Source: an uncultured Gammaproteobacteria bacterium
GTDB taxonomy: Bacteria > Pseudomonadota > Gammaproteobacteria > GCA-001735895
Direction of reading: 5' to 3'
Assembly (NCBI GenBank): GCA_964194715.1
Contig: CAXMNA010000126.1
Span: 5,570 to 69,569 of the forward strand
DNA: 64,000 nucleotides
A model generated the notes under the pieces. It did not search any database, was not told the origin of the DNA, and saw only the letters and a list, made by a program, of their open reading frames with translations. How positions within the stretch are numbered: position 1 is the stretch's first letter; each line of letters opens with the position of its first letter. The position numbers and the translations under genes were made by a program. Of this stretch, positions 11,440 to 21,101 are shown piece after piece.

Positions 11440-12711
11440 ATGAATGTGTTAATCGTTGGCGGTGGCGGACGGGAACATGCGCTGGCTTGGAAAGCAGCCC
11501 AATCGACACAAGTAGAGCAGGTATTTATCGCTCCGGGCAATGCTGGTACTGCCCTTGAGAACGGCGTTCAAAACATTGATATAGGCGCCGAAGATATCGA
11601 TGCGCTGCTCGAATTTGCCACCACAAATAAAATCGAACTCACCATTGTCGGACCCGAGGCACCACTGGTTGCCGGTATTGTCGACCGCTTCGAAGCACGA
11701 GGCCTGACGATCTTCGGACCCAGTGCTAAAGCCTCTCAGCTAGAGGGCTCGAAAACTTTTACCAAGGATTTCCTTGCGCGCCATAGCATTCCAAGTGCAG
11801 CCTATCAGAGCTTTACCGAGGTCGACACCGCCTGCGAGTATGTTGCATATCAGGGTAGCCCGATCGTGATCAAGGTGGATGGCCTAGCGGCAGGTAAAGG
11901 CGTCATCGTTGCTCAAACTCAAAGCGAGGCAGAAACCGCAATAAGAGACATGCTTTCGGGAAACCGTTTTGGCGAAGCCGGACACCGGGTCGTAATCGAA
12001 GAATTTATGCCGGGCGAGGAAGCAAGTTTCATCTGTATCGTTGATGGTGAACAGGTATTGCCAATGGCAAGTTCACAGGATCACAAGGCGCGAGACAATG
12101 GTGATCTTGGACCCAATACGGGTGGTATGGGTGCCTATTCCCCGGCCCCGATAATCAACGCAGAAATCGAAGCCCAGGTGATGCAAAATATTATTTTACC
12201 CACGGTGCGCGGGATGAATTCTGAAGGCAATCGCTACCGAGGTTTTTTATACGCCGGATTGATGATCGGATCTGATGGGATCGCCAGGGTAGTCGAATAC
12301 AATTGCCGCTTTGGCGACCCTGAAACGCAACCTATCATGATGCGATTACAATCTGATCTGGTTGAACTTTGCCTCGCTGCATGCCAGGGAGAGCTAGATA
12401 CCAAATCAGCCGATTGGGATAAACGCAGCAGCCTTGGGGTGGTGATGGCTGCCAATGGCTATCCCGACAGTTATGACAAAGGGCATTTAATCAAGAACAT
12501 TCCGCCCGAATCACCGACAGGTAAGGTATTCCACGCCGGAACCCGTGCTGATAAAGCCGGCAATGTATTATCCGACGGCGGTCGAGTACTTTGCGCGGTT
12601 GGACTCGGGGACAACATTCGGGATGCGCAGCAACGCGCTTACGAATTGGTCGAAAATATAGACTGGGATTCGGCATATTTTCGTACCGATATCGGATTCA
12701 GGGCGCTTTAA
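11440..12711 (+). CDS. purD: Phosphoribosylamine-glycine ligase
   Basis: MNVLIVGGGGREHALAWK N-terminus at ATG 11440 and an ATP-grasp core. The ORF-track start at 11377 overlaps purH. Confidence 0.95.
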   Translation: MNVLIVGGGGREHALAWKAAQSTQVEQVFIAPGNAGTALENGVQNIDIGAEDIDALLEFATTNKIELTIVGPEAPLVAGIVDRFEARGLTIFGPSAKASQLEGSKTFTKDFLARHSIPSAAYQSFTEVDTACEYVAYQGSPIVIKVDGLAAGKGVIVAQTQSEAETAIRDMLSGNRFGEAGHRVVIEEFMPGEEASFICIVDGEQVLPMASSQDHKARDNGDLGPNTGGMGAYSPAPIINAEIEAQVMQNIILPTVRGMNSEGNRYRGFLYAGLMIGSDGIARVVEYNCRFGDPETQPIMMRLQSDLVELCLAACQGELDTKSADWDKRSSLGVVMAANGYPDSYDKGHLIKNIPPESPTGKVFHAGTRADKAGNVLSDGGRVLCAVGLGDNIRDAQQRAYELVENIDWDSAYFRTDIGFRAL

Positions 12712-12855
12712 ATGACCCCACTTAGGGTGGCATTATGAAGTGATTTATGAACTTGTTTGTGTAATTAGCTGACTACTAACAAAAAAAATCACGTCCCTGT
12801 GAAATCGACACAACCACCACATATTGTATGTCTAAATAAAAAAAACCGCAAGATA

Positions 12856-12883
12856 TTGTGATTTGCTAATTTCTGGCTATACT
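12856..12883 (+). promoter_or_regulatory. Candidate sigma-70 promoter (TTGTGA-N16-TATACT)
   Basis: The hexamers are read directly from the sequence. The -10 element ends 28 nt before ATG 12912, in an AT-rich spacer. Confidence 0.4.
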
Positions 12884-12911
12884 ACCGTGTACCTAACCAG
12901 GGATCCTCCAT

Positions 12912-13112
12912 ATGAAGTGCCCCAACTGCAAATCTCAAATGTTCGTTACCGATGAAACTGCCAATACAAAAAGCCAGGTTACCTTCTACCGTTGCAGTAT
13001 TTGCGTCAGCGAGCACGTTTCGTCGGAACCAATTTTTGAAGCTGCCAGTCACGAATCGACTGAGTATTTCGATACCCCCACTGCGGATACAAAACACTAC
13101 CTGATGGTCTAG
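12912..13112 (+). CDS. Small zinc-ribbon protein, function unknown
   Basis: 66 aa with CPNC...CSIC spaced like a zinc ribbon and an acidic tail. The ribosome-binding site is weak. Confidence 0.5.
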   Translation: MKCPNCKSQMFVTDETANTKSQVTFYRCSICVSEHVSSEPIFEAASHESTEYFDTPTADTKHYLMV

Positions 13113-13170
13113 CCGCTGATAACACGAGTTTGAAGCAAGATTACGACTATCCTGCTTTCGGAGAACATCG

Positions 13171-13299
13171 ATGCAAAAGCAGGACTATCACTGGCAAAGT
13201 AAAAATACCAAAGCCTGGTTTCGTGTGCGCGATCGGCTTGTATATATACCAGGCGCCCTGGTTCTGGTGTACGGGCTCTGGCTTTCGCTAAGCGCCTGA
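13171..13299 (+). CDS. Putative 42-aa membrane micro-protein
   Basis: Not in the ORF track because it is below the size cutoff. GGAGA lies 6 nt before the ATG. Peptide MQKQDYHWQSKNTKAWFRVRDRLVYIPGALVLVYGLWLSLSA has a basic N-terminus and one C-terminal hydrophobic helix. Confidence 0.35.
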   Translation: MQKQDYHWQSKNTKAWFRVRDRLVYIPGALVLVYGLWLSLSA

Positions 13300-13304
13300 T
13301 TAAA

Positions 13305-14651
13305 TCAAATTGTCTGGAATCCCAGGCTAATCCTCAAGCCTCCTAACCCTGCACTGCTAAAATTCAGGTCGATATTATAAGACTCCACAATATCGGCCAC
13401 GACTGCGAGCCCAATACCCTGCCCCTCGGTTGCTTCGTCAAGACGCGTGCCGCGATTCAGAATCTGTTCGATTTTATATGCAGCCAGGCCGTCGCCATCG
13501 TCTTCAATTGCCAACGTAATTGCTCTGTCCTCGCCCTCCTCGACTTCGATTGAAATCTTTTTATTGCCATACTTGAAGGCATTATCGAGTAAATTTCCGA
13601 CTACTTCGAGACAATCACCTTCATCCATGCGCAGCAGAATCTGTCCAGGCAAGCTGCGCTCAACCACAATTCCTTTTTCCTGGTACACCTTTTCCAATGC
13701 AGATAAAAGCTTTTCGATAATCTTGATCAGATTGACTGGTTTGCTGATGCGAATATCGGACGCACCGGTCGTTTTCTGCAGCTGGTAAGAAACGATCTGG
13801 TTCATACGGTCAGTTTGATCACGCAGGGTTTCTATTTGTGCCTGATTGATGTCATCCTGGTCACTGAGACCGGTTAATACCGCGAGCGGCGTTTTCAGGC
13901 TATGTGCAAGATCATCCATCGCGTTGCGATAACGCTGGCGCTGATACTGCTCTCGTTTCAACAGGATATTCAGATTTCCGGTAAGCGGGGCAATCTCGTC
14001 GGGATAATCCTGCTCAAACCCCAACTGTTTTTGATCCTCAATCGCCTTGACTTCGAGGCCAACCTTCTGCAACGGTTGCAAGCTCCAGCGGGTAACAACA
14101 TACATAACCACCAGCAGCAGAAATGTTGTTACGATCAGCCAGGCCCATAGTGTTTGCCGAAACCGGTTCAGCTGTTCGAAATACTCGACCGCGTTGCGCC
14201 AGATGACAACTTCATAGCGTTGCAGATTGTTGTTGACGTCCGGCCACTGCAGCGAAAATCCGAGACGAAAGTAAGGCGTTGCAAGATGTTGAACGGTTTG
14301 AAAATCCCATTCTCCGGGATCTATCCCCCCGATTGCCGGGAATCTGACGGTTATCGATTCTGAACGCCAGATTTCCCGTTTATACCGATTGTACAAAAGC
14401 GCGTACAGTCCTGAATTGCGGATTACCAGGCTCGGTTCGAATAAGCGATCTTCAGATACGGTGATACTTAAACCCTGGCTATCTTGATCGACCGCGGCCA
14501 GCAGGCTGTATATTAGTAGTTGCAGCCCGTCTTCCTCCGCTTCTAAAGCCCGTTCTACGACGGCACGCTCCAACGCAATTGCGGTAAGCACCATGAATAC
14601 AACCAGCACCACCGTCGACACCAGCGTCAGCCTGGATTTAATCGATTTCAC
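13305..14651 (-). CDS. phoQ: Sensor histidine kinase, PhoQ-like
   Basis: Two TM segments flank a periplasmic domain. H-box AHSLKTPLAVL, N-box LDNAFKYG, G-boxes DDGDG and GQGIGL. Confidence 0.8.
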   Translation of the reverse strand: MKSIKSRLTLVSTVVLVVFMVLTAIALERAVVERALEAEEDGLQLLIYSLLAAVDQDSQGLSITVSEDRLFEPSLVIRNSGLYALLYNRYKREIWRSESITVRFPAIGGIDPGEWDFQTVQHLATPYFRLGFSLQWPDVNNNLQRYEVVIWRNAVEYFEQLNRFRQTLWAWLIVTTFLLLVVMYVVTRWSLQPLQKVGLEVKAIEDQKQLGFEQDYPDEIAPLTGNLNILLKREQYQRQRYRNAMDDLAHSLKTPLAVLTGLSDQDDINQAQIETLRDQTDRMNQIVSYQLQKTTGASDIRISKPVNLIKIIEKLLSALEKVYQEKGIVVERSLPGQILLRMDEGDCLEVVGNLLDNAFKYGNKKISIEVEEGEDRAITLAIEDDGDGLAAYKIEQILNRGTRLDEATEGQGIGLAVVADIVESYNIDLNFSSAGLGGLRISLGFQTI

Positions 14652-14657
14652 TTTAGT

Positions 14658-15344
14658 TTAGATCTGCTCTGCCCGCTGCAGCGTAAAACGGTAACCTCTG
14701 CCACGCAGGGTTTCAATCGGCTTCAAGCTTTCCTCGGGATCCAGTTTCTGTCGTAAACGTCGAATGAACACTTCGATCACATTACTATCGTTGTCAGATT
14801 CATCATCATACAAATGCTCGGTCAAAACCGTCTTCGAGATCACTTCACCGGCATGCAACATCAGGTATTCGAGCACCTTATACTCGTAAGCCGTCAAATC
14901 CAGCTCGCGATCATCGACATAGATTCGCTGAGACGCGGTATCGAGGCTTACCGGCGAGCAGACGATACGCGAATCCGACCATCCGGAAGCACGCCTAATC
15001 AGCACGCGAATACGCGCCATCATTTCTTCGTGGTGAAACGGCTTGACCAGGTAATCATCTGCGCCCGCATCCAGCCCCTCTACCTTGTCTTGCCAACGCC
15101 CCCTCGCAGTGAGGATTAGAATCGGAATTTTATTGCCCTGTTCACGAATTTGATTAATAACTTCGAGGCCCGACATTTTTGGCAGACCGAGGTCGATAAT
15201 TGCGACGTCGGCCGGATATTCCTGGACCAGGTAGAGACCCTCGGCACCATTGTCGGTACTGTCGACTGCAAAACCTTCAGACTTCAAACGCGTGACGATT
15301 TGCTGCTGAATATCGACATCATCTTCTATGACTATCGCTCGCAT
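14658..15344 (-). CDS. phoP: OmpR-family response regulator, PhoP-like
   Basis: Receiver domain with LTARGRWQDKVEGLDAGADDYLVKPFH, close to the E. coli PhoP pattern, and a winged-helix C-terminus RGRGYRF. Confidence 0.8.
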   Translation of the reverse strand: MRAIVIEDDVDIQQQIVTRLKSEGFAVDSTDNGAEGLYLVQEYPADVAIIDLGLPKMSGLEVINQIREQGNKIPILILTARGRWQDKVEGLDAGADDYLVKPFHHEEMMARIRVLIRRASGWSDSRIVCSPVSLDTASQRIYVDDRELDLTAYEYKVLEYLMLHAGEVISKTVLTEHLYDDESDNDSNVIEVFIRRLRQKLDPEESLKPIETLRGRGYRFTLQRAEQI

Positions 15345-15373
15345 TGGATTACTCGCATATCTCGTAATAAATA

Positions 15374-15940
15374 TTAGATCACAGGCGTGAACTGAATGCG
15401 CATTTTTATATGCTTACCAGGATCGTATGGCATTTCGACGTGATAGCGGTTGCCGCGATACTTATAGGTTACGTCGTAACCGTCAACGACTTCTTCGTAA
15501 CTTACCTGGTGTCGGGTCTTGCAGTGCTCCTCGTAACCGACAACCCTACTACTGTGTTGCTCGGCATGCCCGTTGACTGCGTCGTGCCCGATTTGCGCAC
15601 CGATGATGGTTCCAATTGCAGTGGCAACTTTAGTTCCCCTTCCTTTACCGAATTGATGTCCGACAATACCGCCAATCAGCCCACCGGCAAGCATACCTCC
15701 GGCAGATTTAGGGTACTGATGCTGGGTATGATATACCGGTTCTTCCCAGCACTCGCGTACCGGCCTGGATACCTGCACTTCACGGTAAATTGGCCGTACC
15801 TTGAGCACTTTGGCATATTCAAAAAGATCATGTCGGGGGCTATAGTCATGCTTTTTATGACCATGATTCTTGTCGCCAGCGACGGCCGCACCAGCAAATA
15901 CCAGAACTGCCACTGCAAATGTAGTTTTCAGAGTTTTCAT
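15374..15940 (-). CDS. YcfJ-like glycine-zipper 2TM domain protein with signal peptide
   Basis: Signal peptide, His-rich stretch KNHGHKKH, glycine zipper GGLIGGIVGHQFGKGRG and C-terminal GYDVTYKYRG as in E. coli YcfJ. It lies 29 nt upstream of the phoP-like gene. Confidence 0.75.
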   Translation of the reverse strand: MKTLKTTFAVAVLVFAGAAVAGDKNHGHKKHDYSPRHDLFEYAKVLKVRPIYREVQVSRPVRECWEEPVYHTQHQYPKSAGGMLAGGLIGGIVGHQFGKGRGTKVATAIGTIIGAQIGHDAVNGHAEQHSSRVVGYEEHCKTRHQVSYEEVVDGYDVTYKYRGNRYHVEMPYDPGKHIKMRIQFTPVI

Positions 15941-16190
15941 ATCAGTCTCCTGCCTGTTTAAGGATGCCTGACAATATAAGCAAAACTAACTGAATCAAGC
16001 CTTAACGCTTCAAACCACCCAAAGCTTTGTGAAATATTTCCTAGTCGCAACGCCATCGCCGCACAAGTGATAATGACCTGAAAAGTTATTGGAACCACTA
16101 GCAGGTTATTAGATTACACCGGGGAATGCGGGGTTGATTTTTAAAAGCGATTGCATAAGCTTGTCGGCTGTTTGAGCATCGGCAATTCAC

Positions 16191-17123
16191 ATGCTAGCTT
16201 TAGAAATCTCCAACCTCCACAAGACTTACGCCAGTGGCCTGCAAGCCCTCAAGGGGATCGATCTGCAGGTTGTGGAAGGAGATTTCTTTGCATTACTCGG
16301 GCCCAATGGTGCTGGAAAATCGACCTGCATCGGTATCATTTCGGGCCTCGTCAACAAGACCAGCGGAAATGTTAAAATATTCGGTCACTCCATCGATGAG
16401 GAATTCATCCTCGCTAAATCGTTGCTGGGTTTGGTGCCGCAGGAGTTTAATTTCAATACCTTCGAACCGGTGGAGGAAATCGTTACCAACCAGGCGGGCT
16501 TCTATGGCGTGCCGGCACGCATTGCACGACAGGAGACCGAACATTACTTAAAACAACTTGGACTCTGGCAGCACCGCAAATCCCAGGCACGACGGTTGTC
16601 GGGTGGCATGAAGCGCCGCCTGATGATTGCGCGCGCGCTGGTGCATAAACCACGACTCTTGATCCTGGACGAACCTACCGCCGGGGTCGACATCGAGTTA
16701 CGGCGTTCCATGTGGGATTTTCTGGAACAAATCAACGACCAGGGAACCACGATTATCCTGACCACACATTATCTGGAGGAAGCGGAACGCATGTGCCGCA
16801 ACGTCGCCATTATCGACGAGGGCGATATCATCCTGAACAGCAGCATGGAGCTGCTGCTGAAGCAGTTAAACAGTGAAACCTTTGTACTCTACCTGCGCGA
16901 CAACCTGGAACAGGCGCCACAGCTCGAAAGCTTTGATAAAATTGTCAGACTCGATCATCACAGTATCGAAATTGAAGTCCCGGAAAGCCTTTCGATCAAC
17001 GATTTAATCCGCGAGCTTGAAGCGCAAAATATTGTCGTCGAGCGCATGCGTAATAAGGCAAACCGACTCGAAGAAGTATTCGTCAAGATGACGACCAAAT
17101 CCGACGATGCGAGTGTTGCCTGA
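16191..17123 (+). CDS. ABC transporter ATP-binding protein (ABC-2 / YadG-like)
   Basis: Walker A GPNGAGKST, signature LSGGMKRR, Walker B LLILDEP. Confidence 0.9.
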   Translation: MLALEISNLHKTYASGLQALKGIDLQVVEGDFFALLGPNGAGKSTCIGIISGLVNKTSGNVKIFGHSIDEEFILAKSLLGLVPQEFNFNTFEPVEEIVTNQAGFYGVPARIARQETEHYLKQLGLWQHRKSQARRLSGGMKRRLMIARALVHKPRLLILDEPTAGVDIELRRSMWDFLEQINDQGTTIILTTHYLEEAERMCRNVAIIDEGDIILNSSMELLLKQLNSETFVLYLRDNLEQAPQLESFDKIVRLDHHSIEIEVPESLSINDLIRELEAQNIVVERMRNKANRLEEVFVKMTTKSDDASVA

Positions 17124-17893
17124 TGCTTTACCAGTTCTGGATCGCTTATCTGACAATCACGCGTAAGGAAATTTTACGCTTCGCGCGGATCTGGGTGCAA
17201 ACCATTATTCCACCCGTGGTCATGGTAGCGTTGTATTTCATTATTTTCGGTAACTTGATCGGACAACGCATCGGCGAAATGGACGGTATGCTGTACGTCG
17301 ATTTCATCATGCCGGGACTGGTAATGATGTCGATCATTACCAATTCGTATACCAACGTCGTATCGTCATTCTACGGCGCCAAGTATTCAGGACATATCGA
17401 AGAAATGCAGATCGCGCCGGTTCCCAATCTGGTGATTCTGCTGGGATTTGTTACCGGAGGGGTCGTGCGCGGGATCAGCGTCGGGATCGCGGTCACACTG
17501 GTATCGTTACTATTCACCGAATTCAGCATTCACAATCCTTTTATCGTGCTACTGGTTGCGCTGCTGACTTCCTGCCTGTTCGCCCTAGCCGGACTCATCA
17601 ACGCTATTTTTGCCAACAGCTTTGACGATATCACCATTATCCCGACTTTCGTGTTAACCCCGCTCACCTACCTCGGCGGAATCTTTTATTCTATCAAGCT
17701 GTTACCCGACTTCTGGCAGCAGGTATCACTGGGAAACCCGATACTCTACATGGTCAACAGTTTTCGGTACGGCTTTCGCGGCAGCAGTGATATCGACCTG
17801 TTAACGGCAATAATCGTCATCCTGTTTTTCATCGCCCTGCTTTTCATCATCAGCTTGACCCTGCTCGCCCGTGGTACCGGTATTCGGCAATGA
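17123..17893 (+). CDS. ABC-2 type transporter permease (YadH-like)
   Basis: Six predicted TM segments. The start overlaps the ATPase stop. Confidence 0.85.
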   Translation: MLYQFWIAYLTITRKEILRFARIWVQTIIPPVVMVALYFIIFGNLIGQRIGEMDGMLYVDFIMPGLVMMSIITNSYTNVVSSFYGAKYSGHIEEMQIAPVPNLVILLGFVTGGVVRGISVGIAVTLVSLLFTEFSIHNPFIVLLVALLTSCLFALAGLINAIFANSFDDITIIPTFVLTPLTYLGGIFYSIKLLPDFWQQVSLGNPILYMVNSFRYGFRGSSDIDLLTAIIVILFFIALLFIISLTLLARGTGIRQ

Positions 17894-18678
17894 TGGAATT
17901 GATCGATACTGGCGTAAACCTGACCAATAAGAGCCTGCTGAAAGATCTGCCTGCGGTGATGGAACGCGCCCGGGATGCCGGTGTCAAGCAGATGGTTGTA
18001 ACCGGCACGTCAGTATGGGAAAGCCAGCAGGCTATCGATCTCTGTAGTCAATATCCCGACCGCCTGGTATCAACCTGTGGCGTCCACCCCCACCATGCCA
18101 GTGACTGGAACGAAAATAGCTTTAACAAACTTAAGTCCATGGCGCAGCATGATTGCGTACGTGCAATCGGCGAGGCCGGACTGGACTTCAATCGCAATTA
18201 TTCTCCCCATCCGGCCCAGGAAATCGCATTACAGCAACAAATGGAGTTAGCGGTTGCCTTGCAGATGCCATTGTTCTGCCACCAGCGAGATGCGCATAAA
18301 CGCTTCGTTGAGATACTCCGCGAATATCGAGCTGATATCAACAGGCTGGTGGTCCACTGTTTTACCGACTCTCGCGAAGCCTTGATCGACTATCTCGACC
18401 TCGATTGTTATATCGGTATCACTGGCTGGATCTGCGACGAACGCAGGGGATTAGATTTACAAAAACTAGTGCGGCTGATACCCGATGAGCGACTGTTACT
18501 GGAAACCGACGCACCTTACCTGTTACCCCGAAATCTCGACCCGAAACCATCGAGTCGCATCAACGAACCGGCGTACTTACCCCATATTCTTGAGAGTGTC
18601 GCCTATCACCAGGAAAAGTCTCCTGAACTGCTGGCACAACAGACACTACAAAATAGTCGAGCCTTTTTCAGCCTCTAA
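17890..18678 (+). CDS. tatD: TatD-family metal-dependent hydrolase / DNase
   Basis: IDTGVNL N-terminus, VHCFT and ETDAPYL motifs. ATGA overlap with the permease gene. Confidence 0.85.
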   Translation: MMELIDTGVNLTNKSLLKDLPAVMERARDAGVKQMVVTGTSVWESQQAIDLCSQYPDRLVSTCGVHPHHASDWNENSFNKLKSMAQHDCVRAIGEAGLDFNRNYSPHPAQEIALQQQMELAVALQMPLFCHQRDAHKRFVEILREYRADINRLVVHCFTDSREALIDYLDLDCYIGITGWICDERRGLDLQKLVRLIPDERLLLETDAPYLLPRNLDPKPSSRINEPAYLPHILESVAYHQEKSPELLAQQTLQNSRAFFSL

Positions 18679-18814
18679 ATCAAACGACAACCGGTCTCGT
18701 GCTTATGCCCGCTCGCCATAATTCCATCATAAAATAACGTCATTTAACAATAAAATTGGTTACAACTTTCATATTCCGTTCTAAACTTAAGGTTGAGCCT
18801 AACGGTTCTAAATT

Positions 18815-19531
18815 ATGAATGATCAGGTAAAAATCAATTTCTTCGCCTCTACCCCGGAACCCTGTAGTTACCTGGATAATCGAAAATCCGTTAGTGCCTT
18901 CGCCAACCCCCATATGGACATGGATATGCAGACCTATAACGAGTTGATTCAACACGGTTTTCGCCGATCTGGGGGCTACATTTATCGACCGCATTGTCCA
19001 AATTGTCAGGAATGTATCTCGGTGCGTGTACCGGTGAATAAACATGCTTATTCGCGCAATGAACAGCGTGCTATCAAGCGCAATGCTGATTTGAAAATTA
19101 ACATTGTTCCCGGACGTTTTCGGGATGAGCATTTCGATCTGTATAGACGCTATATAAAAAGCCGGCATAACGACGGCAGTATGGCCAATCCCAGCAAATC
19201 CGACTATCACCGTTTTTTGATTTGCGACTGGACCGATACGTTATTTTTCGAGTATCGACTCAACCGGATCTTAATCGCTGTTGCAGTTTGCGACATTACC
19301 GACAGCGGATTATCCGCGGTTTATACCTTTTTTGATCCGGACTATGACGATCGCAGTCCAGGCCATTTTGCGATTCTGACCCAGATCCACGAAACACGCC
19401 TGCGTGATCTCGATTACCTGTATCTCGGCTACTGGATTCGCGACTGCAATAAAATGAGTTACAAGCGTCGCTACAAACCGCTTGAAGCCTACCTGAGCGA
19501 CCAGTGGGTCGCGCTAGACCAGCCGTCTTAG
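18815..19531 (+). CDS. bpt: Arginyl/leucyl-tRNA-protein transferase (Bpt/Ate family)
   Basis: N-terminal Cys cluster (PCSYL, CPNCQEC) and the ATE C-terminal domain pattern. Confidence 0.85.
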   Translation: MNDQVKINFFASTPEPCSYLDNRKSVSAFANPHMDMDMQTYNELIQHGFRRSGGYIYRPHCPNCQECISVRVPVNKHAYSRNEQRAIKRNADLKINIVPGRFRDEHFDLYRRYIKSRHNDGSMANPSKSDYHRFLICDWTDTLFFEYRLNRILIAVAVCDITDSGLSAVYTFFDPDYDDRSPGHFAILTQIHETRLRDLDYLYLGYWIRDCNKMSYKRRYKPLEAYLSDQWVALDQPS

Positions 19532-20065
19532 TTTTTCCCAGTCAAATGCTTCACCTGGGTCGGTCTTACGATCGGGTGCTATATCTCTATGCCCTATGAT
19601 CGCGTCCTTTTCGATTCCAGGATACTTCATTCGCAAACTTACAATTAGATTCGCGAGTCTTAAGTACTGATCCTCAGTATAGGCTTGATCATCGCAACCC
19701 TCGAGCTCGATCCCGATCGAAAAATCGTTGCAGGCCTGCTCGCCCAGCCATTCTGAGTCGCCCGCATGCCATGCACGATCCAGGAATGACACGAACTGCG
19801 ATAGTTTACCGCCCCGTTCGATCAGGCAATGGGCTGAGACTTTCATCGCACAAATCGAATCGAGGTACTCGTGCACTCCAATATCCAGGTTATTACAAAA
19901 AAATTTCTGGATATGGCCACCGCCGTATTCACCCGGTGGCAAACTAATGCCATGCACGACAATTAGTTTAATTTTGGCGTCGTCAGGCCTGGCATCAAAA
20001 TTGGGGGACTGGATAGCTTCCACAGATTCCAGCCAACCCGCATCATCAATAATAAGCTTTGTCAT
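19514..20065 (-). CDS. ampD: 1,6-anhydro-N-acetylmuramyl-L-alanine amidase AmpD
   Basis: Amidase_2 pattern: VVHGISLPPGEYGG, SAHCLIERGG, RAWHAG, IIGHRDIAPDRKTDPG. Confidence 0.88.
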   Translation of the reverse strand: MTKLIIDDAGWLESVEAIQSPNFDARPDDAKIKLIVVHGISLPPGEYGGGHIQKFFCNNLDIGVHEYLDSICAMKVSAHCLIERGGKLSQFVSFLDRAWHAGDSEWLGEQACNDFSIGIELEGCDDQAYTEDQYLRLANLIVSLRMKYPGIEKDAIIGHRDIAPDRKTDPGEAFDWEKLRRLV

Positions 20066-20107
20066 AGGCCATCGCCATTGAAGTACCGAAAGATTACAAG
20101 CAATTTA

Positions 20108-20160
20108 CTGCAAGATAGTTTACTTAACTTGAACCTGCAAGATCCCCAGCAACTGCAAGA
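20108..20160. repeat. Three direct copies of CTGCAAGA in the ampD upstream spacer
   Basis: Copies are at 20108, 20135 and 20153, spaced 27 and 18 nt apart. An 8-mer is expected only about twice by chance on both strands of 64 kb. Confidence 0.6.
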
Positions 20161-20220
20161 GGCCAAATGCATTAGTCCCTCCGCTTAGATTGCGGCATGC
20201 AGAAAATTAATAGAATCGAA

Positions 20221-20293
20221 GTATCCCGCGCGCGCGTACGCGAGGTTGACGCATCGGATTAAACGACAGGATCCGGGGGTGTTCCGGGTGCTG
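20221..20293. repeat. Degenerate REP-like pair (locus D)
   Basis: GTATCCCGCGCGCGCGTACGCGAGGTTG resembles the variant element at 25277. GGATCCGGGGGTGTTCCGGGTGCTG resembles an inverted GATCCCGG...CCGGGATGAC copy. The pair lies just beyond the aapP stop. Confidence 0.3.
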
Positions 20294-20299
20294 GTTGAC

Positions 20300-21079
20300 C
20301 TAATGTGCGAGGATCTGGCTCAGGAAGAGTTGGGTACGCTCGTGTTGTGGATTATCGAAGAATTCATGCGGATCGTTTTCTTCGATGATCTGGCCTTCAT
20401 CCATGAATATGACTCGATTTGCAACCGTCTTGGCAAATCCCATTTCGTGGGTTACACACAACATCGTCATCCCTTCCTTGGCGAGTTCGACCATGACGTC
20501 GAGAACCTCTTTGATCATTTCCGGATCGAGTGCCGAGGTCGGCTCATCAAACAGCATGATTTTTGGATTCATGCACAGCGAGCGTGCGATCGCGACACGT
20601 TGCTGTTGGCCGCCCGATAGTTGGCCCGGAAATTTTTCAGCCTGTTCGGGAATTTTTACGCGTTCCAGATACTTCATGGCTGTCGCTTCGGCTTCCTTGC
20701 GCGGGATTTGCTTGACCCAGATTGGCGCCAGCGAACAGTTCTCGAGCACGGTCAGGTGCGGAAACAAATTGAAATGCTGGAAACACATACCGACCTCGCG
20801 CCGAATCGCGTCGATATTTTTCAGATCGTTGGTCAACTCGACATTTTCGACAATGATGTCGCCCTGCTGGTGTTCTTCGAGCCGGTTGATGCAACGAATC
20901 AAGGTTGATTTTCCGGAACCGGAAGGGCCACAAATTACGATTCTCTCGCCCCGGTAAACATCGAGATTGATGTTCTTGAGGACATGAAAAGAACCATACC
21001 ACTTGTGCATGTCATTGATTTTGATGATCAGTTCGTCTGATACTTGAAGTTCAGGTGCTGCTTCTGGTTGGCTACTCAT
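20300..21079 (-). CDS. aapP: Amino acid ABC transporter ATP-binding protein
   Basis: Walker [29 protein letters not shown]. It is the last gene of a four-gene polar amino acid importer. Confidence 0.9.
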   Translation of the reverse strand: MSSQPEAAPELQVSDELIIKINDMHKWYGSFHVLKNINLDVYRGERIVICGPSGSGKSTLIRCINRLEEHQQGDIIVENVELTNDLKNIDAIRREVGMCFQHFNLFPHLTVLENCSLAPIWVKQIPRKEAEATAMKYLERVKIPEQAEKFPGQLSGGQQQRVAIARSLCMNPKIMLFDEPTSALDPEMIKEVLDVMVELAKEGMTMLCVTHEMGFAKTVANRVIFMDEGQIIEENDPHEFFDNPQHERTQLFLSQILAH

Positions 21080-21101
21080 AATTTTGTACCCTGGTTAACT
21101 T

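Noticed and set aside
15941-16190. I searched for a PhoP-box direct repeat upstream of the ycfJ-like/phoPQ-like operon.
   Set aside because: I found only a GTTATT repeat with 20-nt spacing and an isolated TGTTTA overlapping the ribosome-binding site. Neither fits known PhoP-box geometry.
19514-19531. An 18-nt overlap of the convergent 3-prime ends of bpt and ampD.
   Set aside because: Short convergent overlaps are common and carry no evident signal.
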